DNA from: a virus
Length of the DNA: 64,000 nucleotides
IMG/VR virus record: IMGVR_UViG_3300009506_000012
Coordinates: 18,164 to 82,163 of that record
Reading direction: 5' to 3' (one strand)
Below the pieces are notes generated by a model, which saw only the letters and a program-made list of their open reading frames with translations, did no database searches and had not been told where the DNA came from. The translations under genes were made by a program, and so were the position numbers. Below, one piece after another: positions 29,501 to 38,900 of the stretch (position 1 is its first letter; each line of letters begins with the position of its first letter).

Positions 29501-32500
29501 ACAAAACGAGGTTTATGCCAGTAAAGAGAAATACATGGAAGCAATCCGTAAAGAGCTTTCAGCCCAGGGACTTGATACCCCCGAACGACCATTATCCAAT
29601 CAAGAAGTAGAACAGGTCTACAACATGATTGCAGGTCTGCCTTCAGAGGTTGGAACTGCGCCTAATGATGTGCGAACCAAAGGGTTACCCGGTGTGGTGG
29701 CTCGCTGGCCTATTGTAGCCGGTGAGGAATCCATGCTGGGAATGCGCTTTGTCACCCCGGAGCATCTACAGCGTTCGGGCCGGCAGGCACCTGTTGAGGC
29801 CGGTATGGGAAACCTTCACTGGCGAATCGGTGTTGGGCCGTCCAGTATTATGCAGGGTGACTTCGATCTTGACTACATGCTTGGTTTGATGGGGCTGACC
29901 GGAACAAGAGATGAAAGTGGCAAGCTGGATGTGAGTTTCGCAGCCTATAATAGAAACGGCAGGCTCGGAAAAGATATAAGTGCGCTTGTCAATCGAACAC
30001 AGCAAATGAGCTATGAGACTATTCAGAGGATCCTTTATCCATCTAAAAATGCTCAACAGCAATTCGACCCAATTTTCCAGGCATTCCAGGATAGAGATAA
30101 AACAGGTACGCTTGGGCCAATGCAACAAGTGGCAAGAAATCTGATTGGCGAACAGTTTGGAAAATCAGGCTGGCAGCCTTACGGCCATCTGTTAGACAGC
30201 GTGGCTACATATGGGGGAGCCAAAATGATGATGGGTACTTCTTATAACTTCACTCGTGCGCTCGAAGCAGCAGCCGGTGTAGGCGGCTGGTCAACTGAGG
30301 GAATCATGCAGGGACGTAGAGGCAGGGCACAGATCTATCAACCTCACCTTGATCTTCAGACATCCCAGGCTGCACCGATGGTTCGTATGTATCAGTCATC
30401 CTTCTTGGCCGAGGGCAAGGGTGGCAAACTGGGATTGGGCTTTGGTACCGATGTGGCTGGGTATGGATTGCAGTTCATGAAAAATGCCGGCAAGATCATG
30501 AATCTGAGCGAGGATAATACCAGTCGCATTATTACCATGCTGGCAGGTAGTGCCATTACTCCTACAACAGCCGGTGAGCTTCCATCTCCGGAAATGCTTG
30601 GGTATGCTTTCTCTCCGGAAGAAGGTAGGGTAAATACTGCTCCTGAAGATATGCAGACTTCACTGGACCTGTTCACAAAATGGAAAAATGCAGAACGCCA
30701 CCCAGAGAATGCTGCCGAATACAATAAACGCGCAGATTACGAGGAGGCTTACATGAGAACAACCGGCCTCGCTGACGTACTTCAGGCACCCTATAACATG
30801 GAGGGCACCACAGATGAAAGAGCTACTGCCATGCAACACACTCTTTCCCAGTGGATGAAATATAACTATTACGGCACGAAAGAAGGCCGTGAAACAGCCT
30901 TGCAGGGCAACTTCATTACAGCCATGTTCTCGAAGTCTTATGCAAAGAAACAGGAAAAGGAACCAGGATGGACACCTCCACTCGACTTCAGGACTTCGAA
31001 ACTCGGTTCACGGATGATGGGCAAAGCCAATATCCAGGCACCTCTTTTCAATATGATGAAAGGCGGTTTATCTTCCGGACGCACCTTGCGCCGTCTGCTG
31101 AACTCCATAGGACAGACATCCGGTCTGACAAGTTGGGCAACCGGCAATCTTCAGGCTCTTGGTTTTGGAACGGACGAGACTATCTTCCCGCAATCACAGG
31201 TATCCGCTTCGGGTAACGTGCGATCTACCGGGCCGAACGGTGAACCGATTATCGTCAGTCCAGAAATGGAACGTCTATGGGCTAAAGACTGGGCACGTAT
31301 GAAAAACAAAGGTCTCTACGAGGGCAACTTTGGTCAATACATAGAAGAACGCAAGGCAGACCTGGCTAGGCTAAACACATCTTTTGCAGGAAAGCCTGTG
31401 GATCAAGCAAGAGTAAATCCGGAAACAAAAGACATCGAAGGTGGCTTCGAGAATATTCCCATGGTGGATTTCGATGCCATCAATAATGCACAACCAGAAC
31501 CAGAACAAACGCAAACTACTACTACACAACCCGAACAAACTACTGCAAAACCACAACAAAAAACGCCAAAACCACAACAGCCCAGTAGTACCCAAAAACC
31601 GCAACCTGGTGGTACACAGCCTCCCAATAAACAACCACCCGGAGGAGGAACGTCTACTCCAGTAAGCCCCACCACCCCACCCTCTGGTACTCCCCCACCC
31701 AGAGCGCCGCAGGATGCTTCTCAGAACACCAAGTTTCCTGGTCTACCTGCCAACAGTATTCCGACTGAACAGGCACAAGAGTACATCGGCAAGTTTAGAG
31801 AGTACATGCCAAATATCACACAAGCAGCTGGCGCAATTCAGTCAGAACTTGGCGCTATTACTGGGGCAACCCCTGGACCAATGGGTGTGTACGAAGCTAT
31901 GGCGCAACTTCCTGAAGAACAGCGCATGGAAATCCTGAAAAAGTATCAGGAACCGGCGCGTCAGGCTCAGGAGCTGATGGGACTTGCGAAAAAGGTTTAT
32001 CCAAATCTTGAGAAGAACGTGATCGACCCGGCTGTACTCAGGCAGTTCGGTATGTCCGGAGCTGATCTGCGCATCATGTCTGAAGATACTCTGCTCACCA
32101 ACAATCCAGTTGGGCAGAACCTGGTTGACCTTGGTGGTCTGACGGGTGTTCCGGGGTTTGAAACCTTGAAAAAGCGTGGAGGTACCACAGCCGCATCCGG
32201 TCAGGTTAGTGCAAATATTGCTCAGATCCATTTCCAGGAATTGGGCGAAATTACAAAGAAGCTAACTGAGAATTTTGAGAACCTATCAAAAGGTCAAATC
32301 AAACATAGCGATGCCCTGAAGGAAGAAACCAAACTCCTTGAACAGCGTGAACAGGCCAGGCAAAAACAAGCGTTATCAGAGAAAGCTGCTCCACTAGTGG
32401 AGCAAGGCTTACTCGAGCCTGAAATCACGGCCACCAAACGAGGAAAACCGCAAATCTCGTACAAGCGTACTGACAAACCAATTCCTCAAGAAATGTATAA

Positions 32501-35500
32501 GGCTTCCCAGGCTTATGATGAACAGCTTCTGAAAACTGAAGGTCTTGGTGGGACAGAAGGCCAGGATAGATTGATCGGTGGTGTACGTCCGAGTTTCATG
32601 CGCCGGGTGCTGGGTGGCTTTGGACTCATGTACATGCGTTCATTAGGCAATATCATTACAGGTGGGTTAGGGTATGGCCAACAAGAGCGCACAAACATGG
32701 AGCAAGTATTCGGAGCCTCAGCTGGTGGAATGGCTGGCATTGGATATACTCCTCAGAATCAGGCGCAAGTGCTTCAGAATCGGATGGCGCTGGGTGGCCA
32801 GGCTTATAACCCTATGCTTGGATTGCAGATGGCAAGAGCGCAATCTCCACTACTTCAGGATATTTCAGCAGCTGGTGGTGCTGGACTTGGTACTTATGCC
32901 CTGTTACAACAGGCTGCTCTTTGGGGTGGTGAAGGATCCATATTCCAACAAATAGCCAATGGCGGTTTATCTGCTTTTGGTGGTCGATTGAATATCGGTG
33001 CAGGGACTGTGGTTGGCGGTGCAGTTGGCGCTTCGTTGCTGGCGCAAGGATATGCCAAGTCTCAAGATACTGAAGGCCTTGCTTACCGATGGGGTACTGG
33101 GAATGCCTTCTCAAAGATCACAGGCTTGACCGATACTCTTGGTCGAATTGGAGCTGGCCAGGCATTTACAGGTGATATCTATCAACGCGGTGCTACATAT
33201 CGAATGCTTCAGGAAAACCTGCAACGTCCTGAAGGAATGACCACTCAAGGTGTTATGGATTGGGTTACAGAGCAGGGTCTTGGTGGTCAGAAGTATGTTG
33301 ATGCCGGGACTCCGGAAGGTCAGGCATGGTATGGCCAGGCAACACAAAAACTATTGCTTGACCAAAACCCCGAATTTGCTCCTGAAACAATTGCGGCAAC
33401 TTATCAGTTCATGCAACGGAACCAGATGAACCTGAAAGACTTTGGGACAATTGCATCCCAATTTCAGACAGGGTATACAGAAGAATCTGTTTCATCGATG
33501 CTCAAGGGTTTTGGAATGAGCATGGGGCAACAACTTTCGCAAACTGAGAATTGGGCTGGCGGGAATGCGCCTACCAATTTAGGTGTTGCTTACATGCAGA
33601 CGCTTGGCATGATCAACCAAAACAACGCGCCGCAATTCCAGGCCGGTCTTGAGTATATGGGTCAGCTTGGATTTGCCCCGCAAATAATGCAACAACAGCA
33701 AGGATTGAGCAATCAAGAAATGGTCAACCAGGTCTTACAGTGGGGAGGCCAGGGAGCTATGCAGGGTGGTTTGTACGCACAACGAGCGCAGGCCTATCAG
33801 CAAGGTGCCTTTATGGGTTGGAATGTTCAGGCTCCGGAAGCACCTCCTGAAAATCTGACACCCGAGCAGTTCGGTCAGGGGATGTATGAGTCCCAGAAGC
33901 AATCCCAGAAGATGATGCAAATCGAGCAGATTGCTAACCAGTTCTCATCCAATTTCGGATGGAGTGGTGAACAGCGTCAGGGTTTCCTGGGTGACATGGA
34001 AAGTTTCTACAAGTCCGGACGCTTCAATGCTTATTATGCTGATGTTCTGGGTGGCGCTTCCCAGATGAATCCTTATGCCATGACTCAGCTGTATACCCAA
34101 CAACAGCCAGGCGGGGCACTGGCCGGTATTGGACCACAGATACAACCATGGCAGGTCACCAAAGATATTTGGGGGCCAGGTGCGGGAGAGTTGGCAGGTA
34201 AAGCCGTGAACCTGCCAGCTTTCACCGTGTCCGGAGGAACACACCCACAATTCCAGGCATTGTCTGAAATGCTTGGACCTGATTTCATGCAACAATTGCT
34301 TGGCACCGATGCCGGGAATGCCTTTGTCAATGGGTATCAGATGGAAGGCACGAACATGCCGGCTGTGGCTGGTCTTATGGGATATCAGATGCAACAAGCT
34401 GATAAACAGTGGGATTTGCGTCAAGCACAAATGGGTATTTCAGATCGAGGCAATCAGCTTCAGATGGAATATCTTCCCAAGATATGGAATATTCAAGATC
34501 AAATGCGTGACCTTGGATATCGTCATCAGATGTTCCAGTTTGGTCAGCAAGAAAAACAGATTGCCATGCAAGCCGGTCAATTCTATGAAAACATAGGCCT
34601 CAGCGAGTATCAGTCCCAGCTTCAGCGTGGATGGACCCAACAGGATTGGGCATTCAATTCCGAAACCAGAGCGATGCAACACGGATGGCGAGTAGAGGAC
34701 TTCGAGGAACAACGCCGCTTTATGACTGGTCGTCAGCGCCGGTTGGCTGAACGCCAAATGGAACGCGAGAACATCACCTATGGTCGTGAGGGTGAACAGA
34801 TCGACCGTCAGCAAGAACGGCAAAAAGAACTTTGGGCACTTGAGGATGAGCGCTTCCAGATGCAGAAGGACCATTATGAAGAACAGCGTCAGATGCAGGA
34901 AGAATCTCTCAAGGAAAACAAGAAGTATTATGAGCAGAACTTTGAACTTCAGAAAAAGCTAACTGATCTTCAGCGCGAATTGACCATGAAGCAGCTGGAA
35001 CTTCAGAAAGAATCTCTTGAACTTCAGAAACAAATTGCTGAAGAACAACACAAGATGCAACAAGTACAGCAGGCTATCCAGTTACTAATGCTTCAAAATC
35101 AGACCAAGCTAGAGGACAGCCAGCAAATCTTTGGTGGCATCAGTGAGGAGATGCGCACCCTGTTCGAGGATTGGGCTGATGTTATTGGCAACGGCGGTTC
35201 GGGCTCCGGAGGTTATACCAATTACACTGTATACGGATCCGGAGGTGCTAGCGGTACTATCAATAGTGGTGTCCGTCCGGAAGGAAGTAGCGGCGGCATG
35301 CAGATGGCCGAGGGTGGCGACTTCTGGGTGGGAGAAAACGGTCCGGAACTGCTCAGTGTTGGTATGGATGGTCCAACTACCAGGATGCGAGGACGCATTC
35401 AACCTACCAAATACGATCCTTGGGGTTCTACAGCGATAGATTCAAAACCCTCTTTCAAAGAAACCAAAGAGCAGACCATTGTTGTGCAGATTGGCAACGA

Positions 35501-35546
35501 GGAAATCAAGCGCTTTGTTGTCAGAACAGTAGAGGATGACTTGTAA
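26511..35546 (+). CDS. tape measure protein with N-terminal two-barrel RNA polymerase-like region
   Basis: Follows the TAC pair; C-terminal coiled coil and AEGG...VGENGPEL TMP motif; N-terminal half has GGK527..K534, GK971RDVIKKMMG, R1065WP and GD1117FDLD. Confidence 0.85.
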   Translation: MPYTVPNPTTDQFRTYLENLLKTFDKTYQVQYVPPQKDAGNSDIEGTDFFNITKKSSNNAGVLKTNLKINLGHESRFRTTYGGQTPQQFERAPEILTGSGQSAYTVGGSWASVATVVDQPGGKSDIDIRHDLRSPIESLATLISTGFSDVEKENRFNPGAVTGDVTSKIMNLLSTGSSEHSDFAVPAGALMTTTGIDVDAVRRKAAQAIQLVNSYDPTGTAEVGQFAQREAIAKARENMMRLSIPVPGRGGKPIDSFFKEAGYAPDRAQADRLVALSQASRVVRDALGQPTDTEIYLPSPKIAKHMTILSSGRQQASLLGEDYQPIAPKMITGRVPTSGYRMTTADVGGRIPEKSLVLGTMFSPQYPIPGAGMYFPETVDANVKSGGYKATQSFGVTRNVKDLLTDKTQLNLQQQTGNVIPSSLNYDVFSMRTKEMKKSDPDIMLQQRAGTHSFAVGNQQLRIPRYYTAEGIGASYDKQMLRKKQLQEVTPAEIEALSKRLGVNVVPDATIEEVLLEMEGQKLVGGKFAIEGVKSDITPYTGTPTFSAGGKERAISAVTWESKQMLETFTGSLGAISPTAQYGILNEYQKSLTASGDTDMAANVRAVIKQQKALRREDPTARLDLQAAANQIAGTATDAPVHGLSRDIFQRVFLGGSKVQDFAGMNEADLSAFAQSDLNVRNLKKFGMGWVSPEMSNPITTMWDRSQVEALFTGYRQGSNVPEAELRARFGRQYGFDFSNAKGDQIAQTFRPSGFYMPAIAGPSVEFSGGGTLGSEETQILSAIAPGFANRLGANAEGLTRRDPVRWAQRQIAHIAATEMDRGEGKYTKIDNALQIGTEQATKMWADPEFRALLGDEAGDLAGMKRFEEKLKSFFPGSEDLNRRPITFEAAPGRYLPSTRAISALATESSATMRGGIRTGEDVTRSWNMFQSAFSQAVTSQINEDPTGLLEGTQNLTSHFMRQFGLPEGGKRDVIKKMMGSEIGVASGHYAFWNELKQNEVYASKEKYMEAIRKELSAQGLDTPERPLSNQEVEQVYNMIAGLPSEVGTAPNDVRTKGLPGVVARWPIVAGEESMLGMRFVTPEHLQRSGRQAPVEAGMGNLHWRIGVGPSSIMQGDFDLDYMLGLMGLTGTRDESGKLDVSFAAYNRNGRLGKDISALVNRTQQMSYETIQRILYPSKNAQQQFDPIFQAFQDRDKTGTLGPMQQVARNLIGEQFGKSGWQPYGHLLDSVATYGGAKMMMGTSYNFTRALEAAAGVGGWSTEGIMQGRRGRAQIYQPHLDLQTSQAAPMVRMYQSSFLAEGKGGKLGLGFGTDVAGYGLQFMKNAGKIMNLSEDNTSRIITMLAGSAITPTTAGELPSPEMLGYAFSPEEGRVNTAPEDMQTSLDLFTKWKNAERHPENAAEYNKRADYEEAYMRTTGLADVLQAPYNMEGTTDERATAMQHTLSQWMKYNYYGTKEGRETALQGNFITAMFSKSYAKKQEKEPGWTPPLDFRTSKLGSRMMGKANIQAPLFNMMKGGLSSGRTLRRLLNSIGQTSGLTSWATGNLQALGFGTDETIFPQSQVSASGNVRSTGPNGEPIIVSPEMERLWAKDWARMKNKGLYEGNFGQYIEERKADLARLNTSFAGKPVDQARVNPETKDIEGGFENIPMVDFDAINNAQPEPEQTQTTTTQPEQTTAKPQQKTPKPQQPSSTQKPQPGGTQPPNKQPPGGGTSTPVSPTTPPSGTPPPRAPQDASQNTKFPGLPANSIPTEQAQEYIGKFREYMPNITQAAGAIQSELGAITGATPGPMGVYEAMAQLPEEQRMEILKKYQEPARQAQELMGLAKKVYPNLEKNVIDPAVLRQFGMSGADLRIMSEDTLLTNNPVGQNLVDLGGLTGVPGFETLKKRGGTTAASGQVSANIAQIHFQELGEITKKLTENFENLSKGQIKHSDALKEETKLLEQREQARQKQALSEKAAPLVEQGLLEPEITATKRGKPQISYKRTDKPIPQEMYKASQAYDEQLLKTEGLGGTEGQDRLIGGVRPSFMRRVLGGFGLMYMRSLGNIITGGLGYGQQERTNMEQVFGASAGGMAGIGYTPQNQAQVLQNRMALGGQAYNPMLGLQMARAQSPLLQDISAAGGAGLGTYALLQQAALWGGEGSIFQQIANGGLSAFGGRLNIGAGTVVGGAVGASLLAQGYAKSQDTEGLAYRWGTGNAFSKITGLTDTLGRIGAGQAFTGDIYQRGATYRMLQENLQRPEGMTTQGVMDWVTEQGLGGQKYVDAGTPEGQAWYGQATQKLLLDQNPEFAPETIAATYQFMQRNQMNLKDFGTIASQFQTGYTEESVSSMLKGFGMSMGQQLSQTENWAGGNAPTNLGVAYMQTLGMINQNNAPQFQAGLEYMGQLGFAPQIMQQQQGLSNQEMVNQVLQWGGQGAMQGGLYAQRAQAYQQGAFMGWNVQAPEAPPENLTPEQFGQGMYESQKQSQKMMQIEQIANQFSSNFGWSGEQRQGFLGDMESFYKSGRFNAYYADVLGGASQMNPYAMTQLYTQQQPGGALAGIGPQIQPWQVTKDIWGPGAGELAGKAVNLPAFTVSGGTHPQFQALSEMLGPDFMQQLLGTDAGNAFVNGYQMEGTNMPAVAGLMGYQMQQADKQWDLRQAQMGISDRGNQLQMEYLPKIWNIQDQMRDLGYRHQMFQFGQQEKQIAMQAGQFYENIGLSEYQSQLQRGWTQQDWAFNSETRAMQHGWRVEDFEEQRRFMTGRQRRLAERQMERENITYGREGEQIDRQQERQKELWALEDERFQMQKDHYEEQRQMQEESLKENKKYYEQNFELQKKLTDLQRELTMKQLELQKESLELQKQIAEEQHKMQQVQQAIQLLMLQNQTKLEDSQQIFGGISEEMRTLFEDWADVIGNGGSGSGGYTNYTVYGSGGASGTINSGVRPEGSSGGMQMAEGGDFWVGENGPELLSVGMDGPTTRMRGRIQPTKYDPWGSTAIDSKPSFKETKEQTIVVQIGNEEIKRFVVRTVEDDL
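32387..32404. repeat. palindrome copy 5, TGCTCCAC-TA-GTGGAGCA
   Basis: Identical to copy 1; inside the TMP coding region. Confidence 0.85.
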
Positions 35547-35977
35547 TGGCTACTAATCGATATATCACTTTACAAGACAGTGAACTATCCGTGGTGAAAC
35601 GCTTCAAATCCATAGGGCTTCGAACTCCATGGCAACGCACCGACAATTTCAGAGTCACGCTTGGTGGTGATATTGATAAGGTTGCTGGAACTATCTTGTA
35701 TGCTTATCAATATGTCTTGCGTGTTCCTGCTGAAGTTGATGATCTGAACTACGGAACGCTTGACGATCTAAAGTCCTTGTTTGTTTTGAACAATCCGAAT
35801 GGTACTCCGAACGATATCATTACACTGATTGATCACTATGGAGATTCCCACACGGTCCTTTTCAACGAGGATGTTACCCCGGAGCCTTTGACAACTATGC
35901 TTGAAGGCTACAATGCCTGGTTTATTGTGCCAATTTCTTTCGTTGAAATATTTTTAGCCGGAGGAAGCGGTTCATGA
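35546..35977 (+). CDS. distal tail protein-like
   Basis: Small beta-rich protein directly after the TMP; ends GGSGS. Confidence 0.6.
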   Translation: MATNRYITLQDSELSVVKRFKSIGLRTPWQRTDNFRVTLGGDIDKVAGTILYAYQYVLRVPAEVDDLNYGTLDDLKSLFVLNNPNGTPNDIITLIDHYGDSHTVLFNEDVTPEPLTTMLEGYNAWFIVPISFVEIFLAGGSGS

Positions 35978-38900
35978 GTAGAAGCATTACAGGCACAATG
36001 AGTGCAGCGCTTGCCAATGACCATGCAGTCGGGCCGTTAGCCAGGGCTGAGGTGTTTCCATCTCTGGTATCTTTTGAAGCCCTTACAAGAGATAATGCAG
36101 TTTCAGGGGCAGACACCAATCCTGCTTCTGATGATCCGATGAGGCAGGATATTATTTACAATGCCACAGCTGGCCTGGTTACTTTCTACGCTGATGGGAC
36201 TCTTAAGTATGCACTTGATGGAGATTCCTCCCCAGTCTCTACCGTGGAATCATCCAGTATCAAGCCGGGGGTATACGGAAACAAGTTGTATGTCTTGGTT
36301 GGAAGTTCCATTTATCGCAGGTCAATCAATTGGAGCCAGGTGACTTCCAAGAACACCAATCCTTTCAGTGCTGATGCAACCCTGTCCCCAAGTAATACCA
36401 TTGTAGCCATACATGGAATCAGCGAAACAGAATGTGTGGCCATTGGGGATGATGATGGTGGGTTCTCAATAGCATATTTTACAGGTACAACTGAGATCGT
36501 ATGTTCTTCTCGTTTTATGTTTCCAAGTTCAATTGACTGGGACGGGTCTGATAGAACAATGGAATCGCTTGGCCTGTTCTCTACTGCCTTCAGGCTTGGA
36601 AACAGAATATTCGTTTATATCAGTAATGCTTCAAGTGGCATGGTGCAGGGTGTATTCTACGACCTGGACACACAGGTTTGGAGTGATGTTTTTGTAGCCT
36701 TGCCTACAGATCTGGATGTTAGTCTGTGTGAATTCAGAATTGCAAATTCGTTTGTCCGGAACAATGTTGGTTACATGGTTGGCCAGCTTATTCGAACGGA
36801 CATCTATGAAACCGATCAGCCTTATACGCTTATCCTGTCTACGGATGACGGCAGGAATTTTGATATCTCTCGTTTTTCATTTGTCGCAAACTTAGGCTAT
36901 AGATTCTTAGGAACGGTTGGTACAGATAATAATCTCTACCTGGGTAATTGCAATCGTATCTGTCAAGAGCCCTCTACCTGGGTATTTGACGGGGACGATG
37001 ATAGTACCTCGCCTATGACCGATATCCCCATGAGCGATATCCTGTCTGTTGAATTCAATGCAGATGACATGACCCTCACCCTGAAATCCGGGAACGAGGC
37101 TGTTTTAGAGAATACTCATTTCAGTGAGGGTTCTCGTGTAAAACTCTATTCCGGATACAAGACTTCTTCAGGGGATGAATACATCAAGTTTGGAACCTAT
37201 ATCATAGATTCTCAGGGGCTCAAGTTTGCCGATGGGGATCGGGGTTATACAGCCAGGTGTGTGCATGAAGGACAGTGGAAATTGCAAGGACTATCAATGC
37301 CGTTCTACGCGGAGATCCTTGGGTTATCCAGTATGTATGACCCAATGACAGAAGAATCGGGCGACCTCTATGCAGCTCCTAACAACAATCTAACTGAAGA
37401 ACATTTTTATATTGACTTCTGGAATAGCGAACCATACGCTAATGCCAGCGAGGGAATCACTGGCCACGATATCATGAATACCGGTGTAGGAACCTGCAAT
37501 ACAACAGCCTCGCACAAGGTTGGTTTTATCACCAAGGAATTGTCGATCGTTCTTAGCACAAGCGGAAATCCGAAAATCACAGGTACAACACTGAACGTGA
37601 AGATCTATGGATGGTCCAGACCTAACCCGAGTGGGCTGAATGATGTGGTCAATCTGGTACTTGTCACCTGCGATGAAGATGGCAAAAACGAGGAAACCGT
37701 TATTACCGCAGACACAAAGCGCTGGAAAACAACTTACCCGACCGCAGTAGCTGGCGAAGATCCTATCACCCTGGCCGTTTCAGGTATGACTGTAGACCGC
37801 TACATCAAGAAGGTTGGCCTTGTTTTCGAACAGACGAACGGTGCGATATCCTGTCCGGGACGTGTCGAGTTTGTGGATAATGTTGAGGTGCCTGTATCTT
37901 TATCGTTATCGAATACTCCATGGGAACGAACCGGGGAAGGTACGTTCAAGATTCCCGCTGCCGGCCAGCCTTTTATTATGTTTTCACAGAAACCCTATAA
38001 CGCTTTCAACTTCTTCCTGACTTCTCTTTTTGAGAATACAGTTACAGGTGGTATTTCCGGATACCCGGTTGCGGTTGGGCTGATCGGCCTGGCCGAGGAC
38101 GCTTCAAATTTCATAGTTGCCCGATATGATAAGGTTACTGATAAGGCACAGCTCGTACTGGTTCGGAACGGACTTGAAACCGAATTAGCAAATGCGGCTC
38201 CTGGGTGGTCAATGGGAGATCTTCAGGGGATGCAATTCTCTCATCAGGATGGGCATTTTGAAATCAAGATGTACAACGAAAGCACAGAAACTTACAGCAC
38301 AGTCCTGACTTATGACTGGGGTGCAGCTGATGGGTTTATGTTCACATCCAGAACTGTCACGCGCAAGTGCGGAATCTATGGGGCGATTATGGCTCCTAGT
38401 GTTAAGCTGATCGCTTACGATGGAAGCTCACAAGAGGACACCACCACGGCTGACGGCATGCCGATTGATCCGCTTGGAGATATTACAGACTTCCCCAGCT
38501 CAGGTGATCTGTATGTGGAAGGAAATATCTACAGCTACACAGGCAAGATATCTCACCCAGCCTACATTCCTGGCCCTCATCAGCTGAGGAATACAGGCAA
38601 GGTCAATGCACCTTATGGGATTGGAAAGCCTGGTGTGGAATGTTATCTGTTCGATTGGAATGGCAGTACCAGTGCCTACAATGGGAAACTGATTGCCCTG
38701 GATAATGGCAAGAACTTTATCAGCATCGGTTCTCAATGGCATATCTACATCACAACCGGTGGGAAGAAGATTTGGCTTCGCAATCGGTCCAGACACTATT
38801 CTGAAAACACTCAACTTGTTGGCGCATCTGGTACCACAGCGACCAGAGTATGGCCGGGGCTTGGAGGCTTTTCCGGGGTCAGTCTGAAGTCCGGAACACC

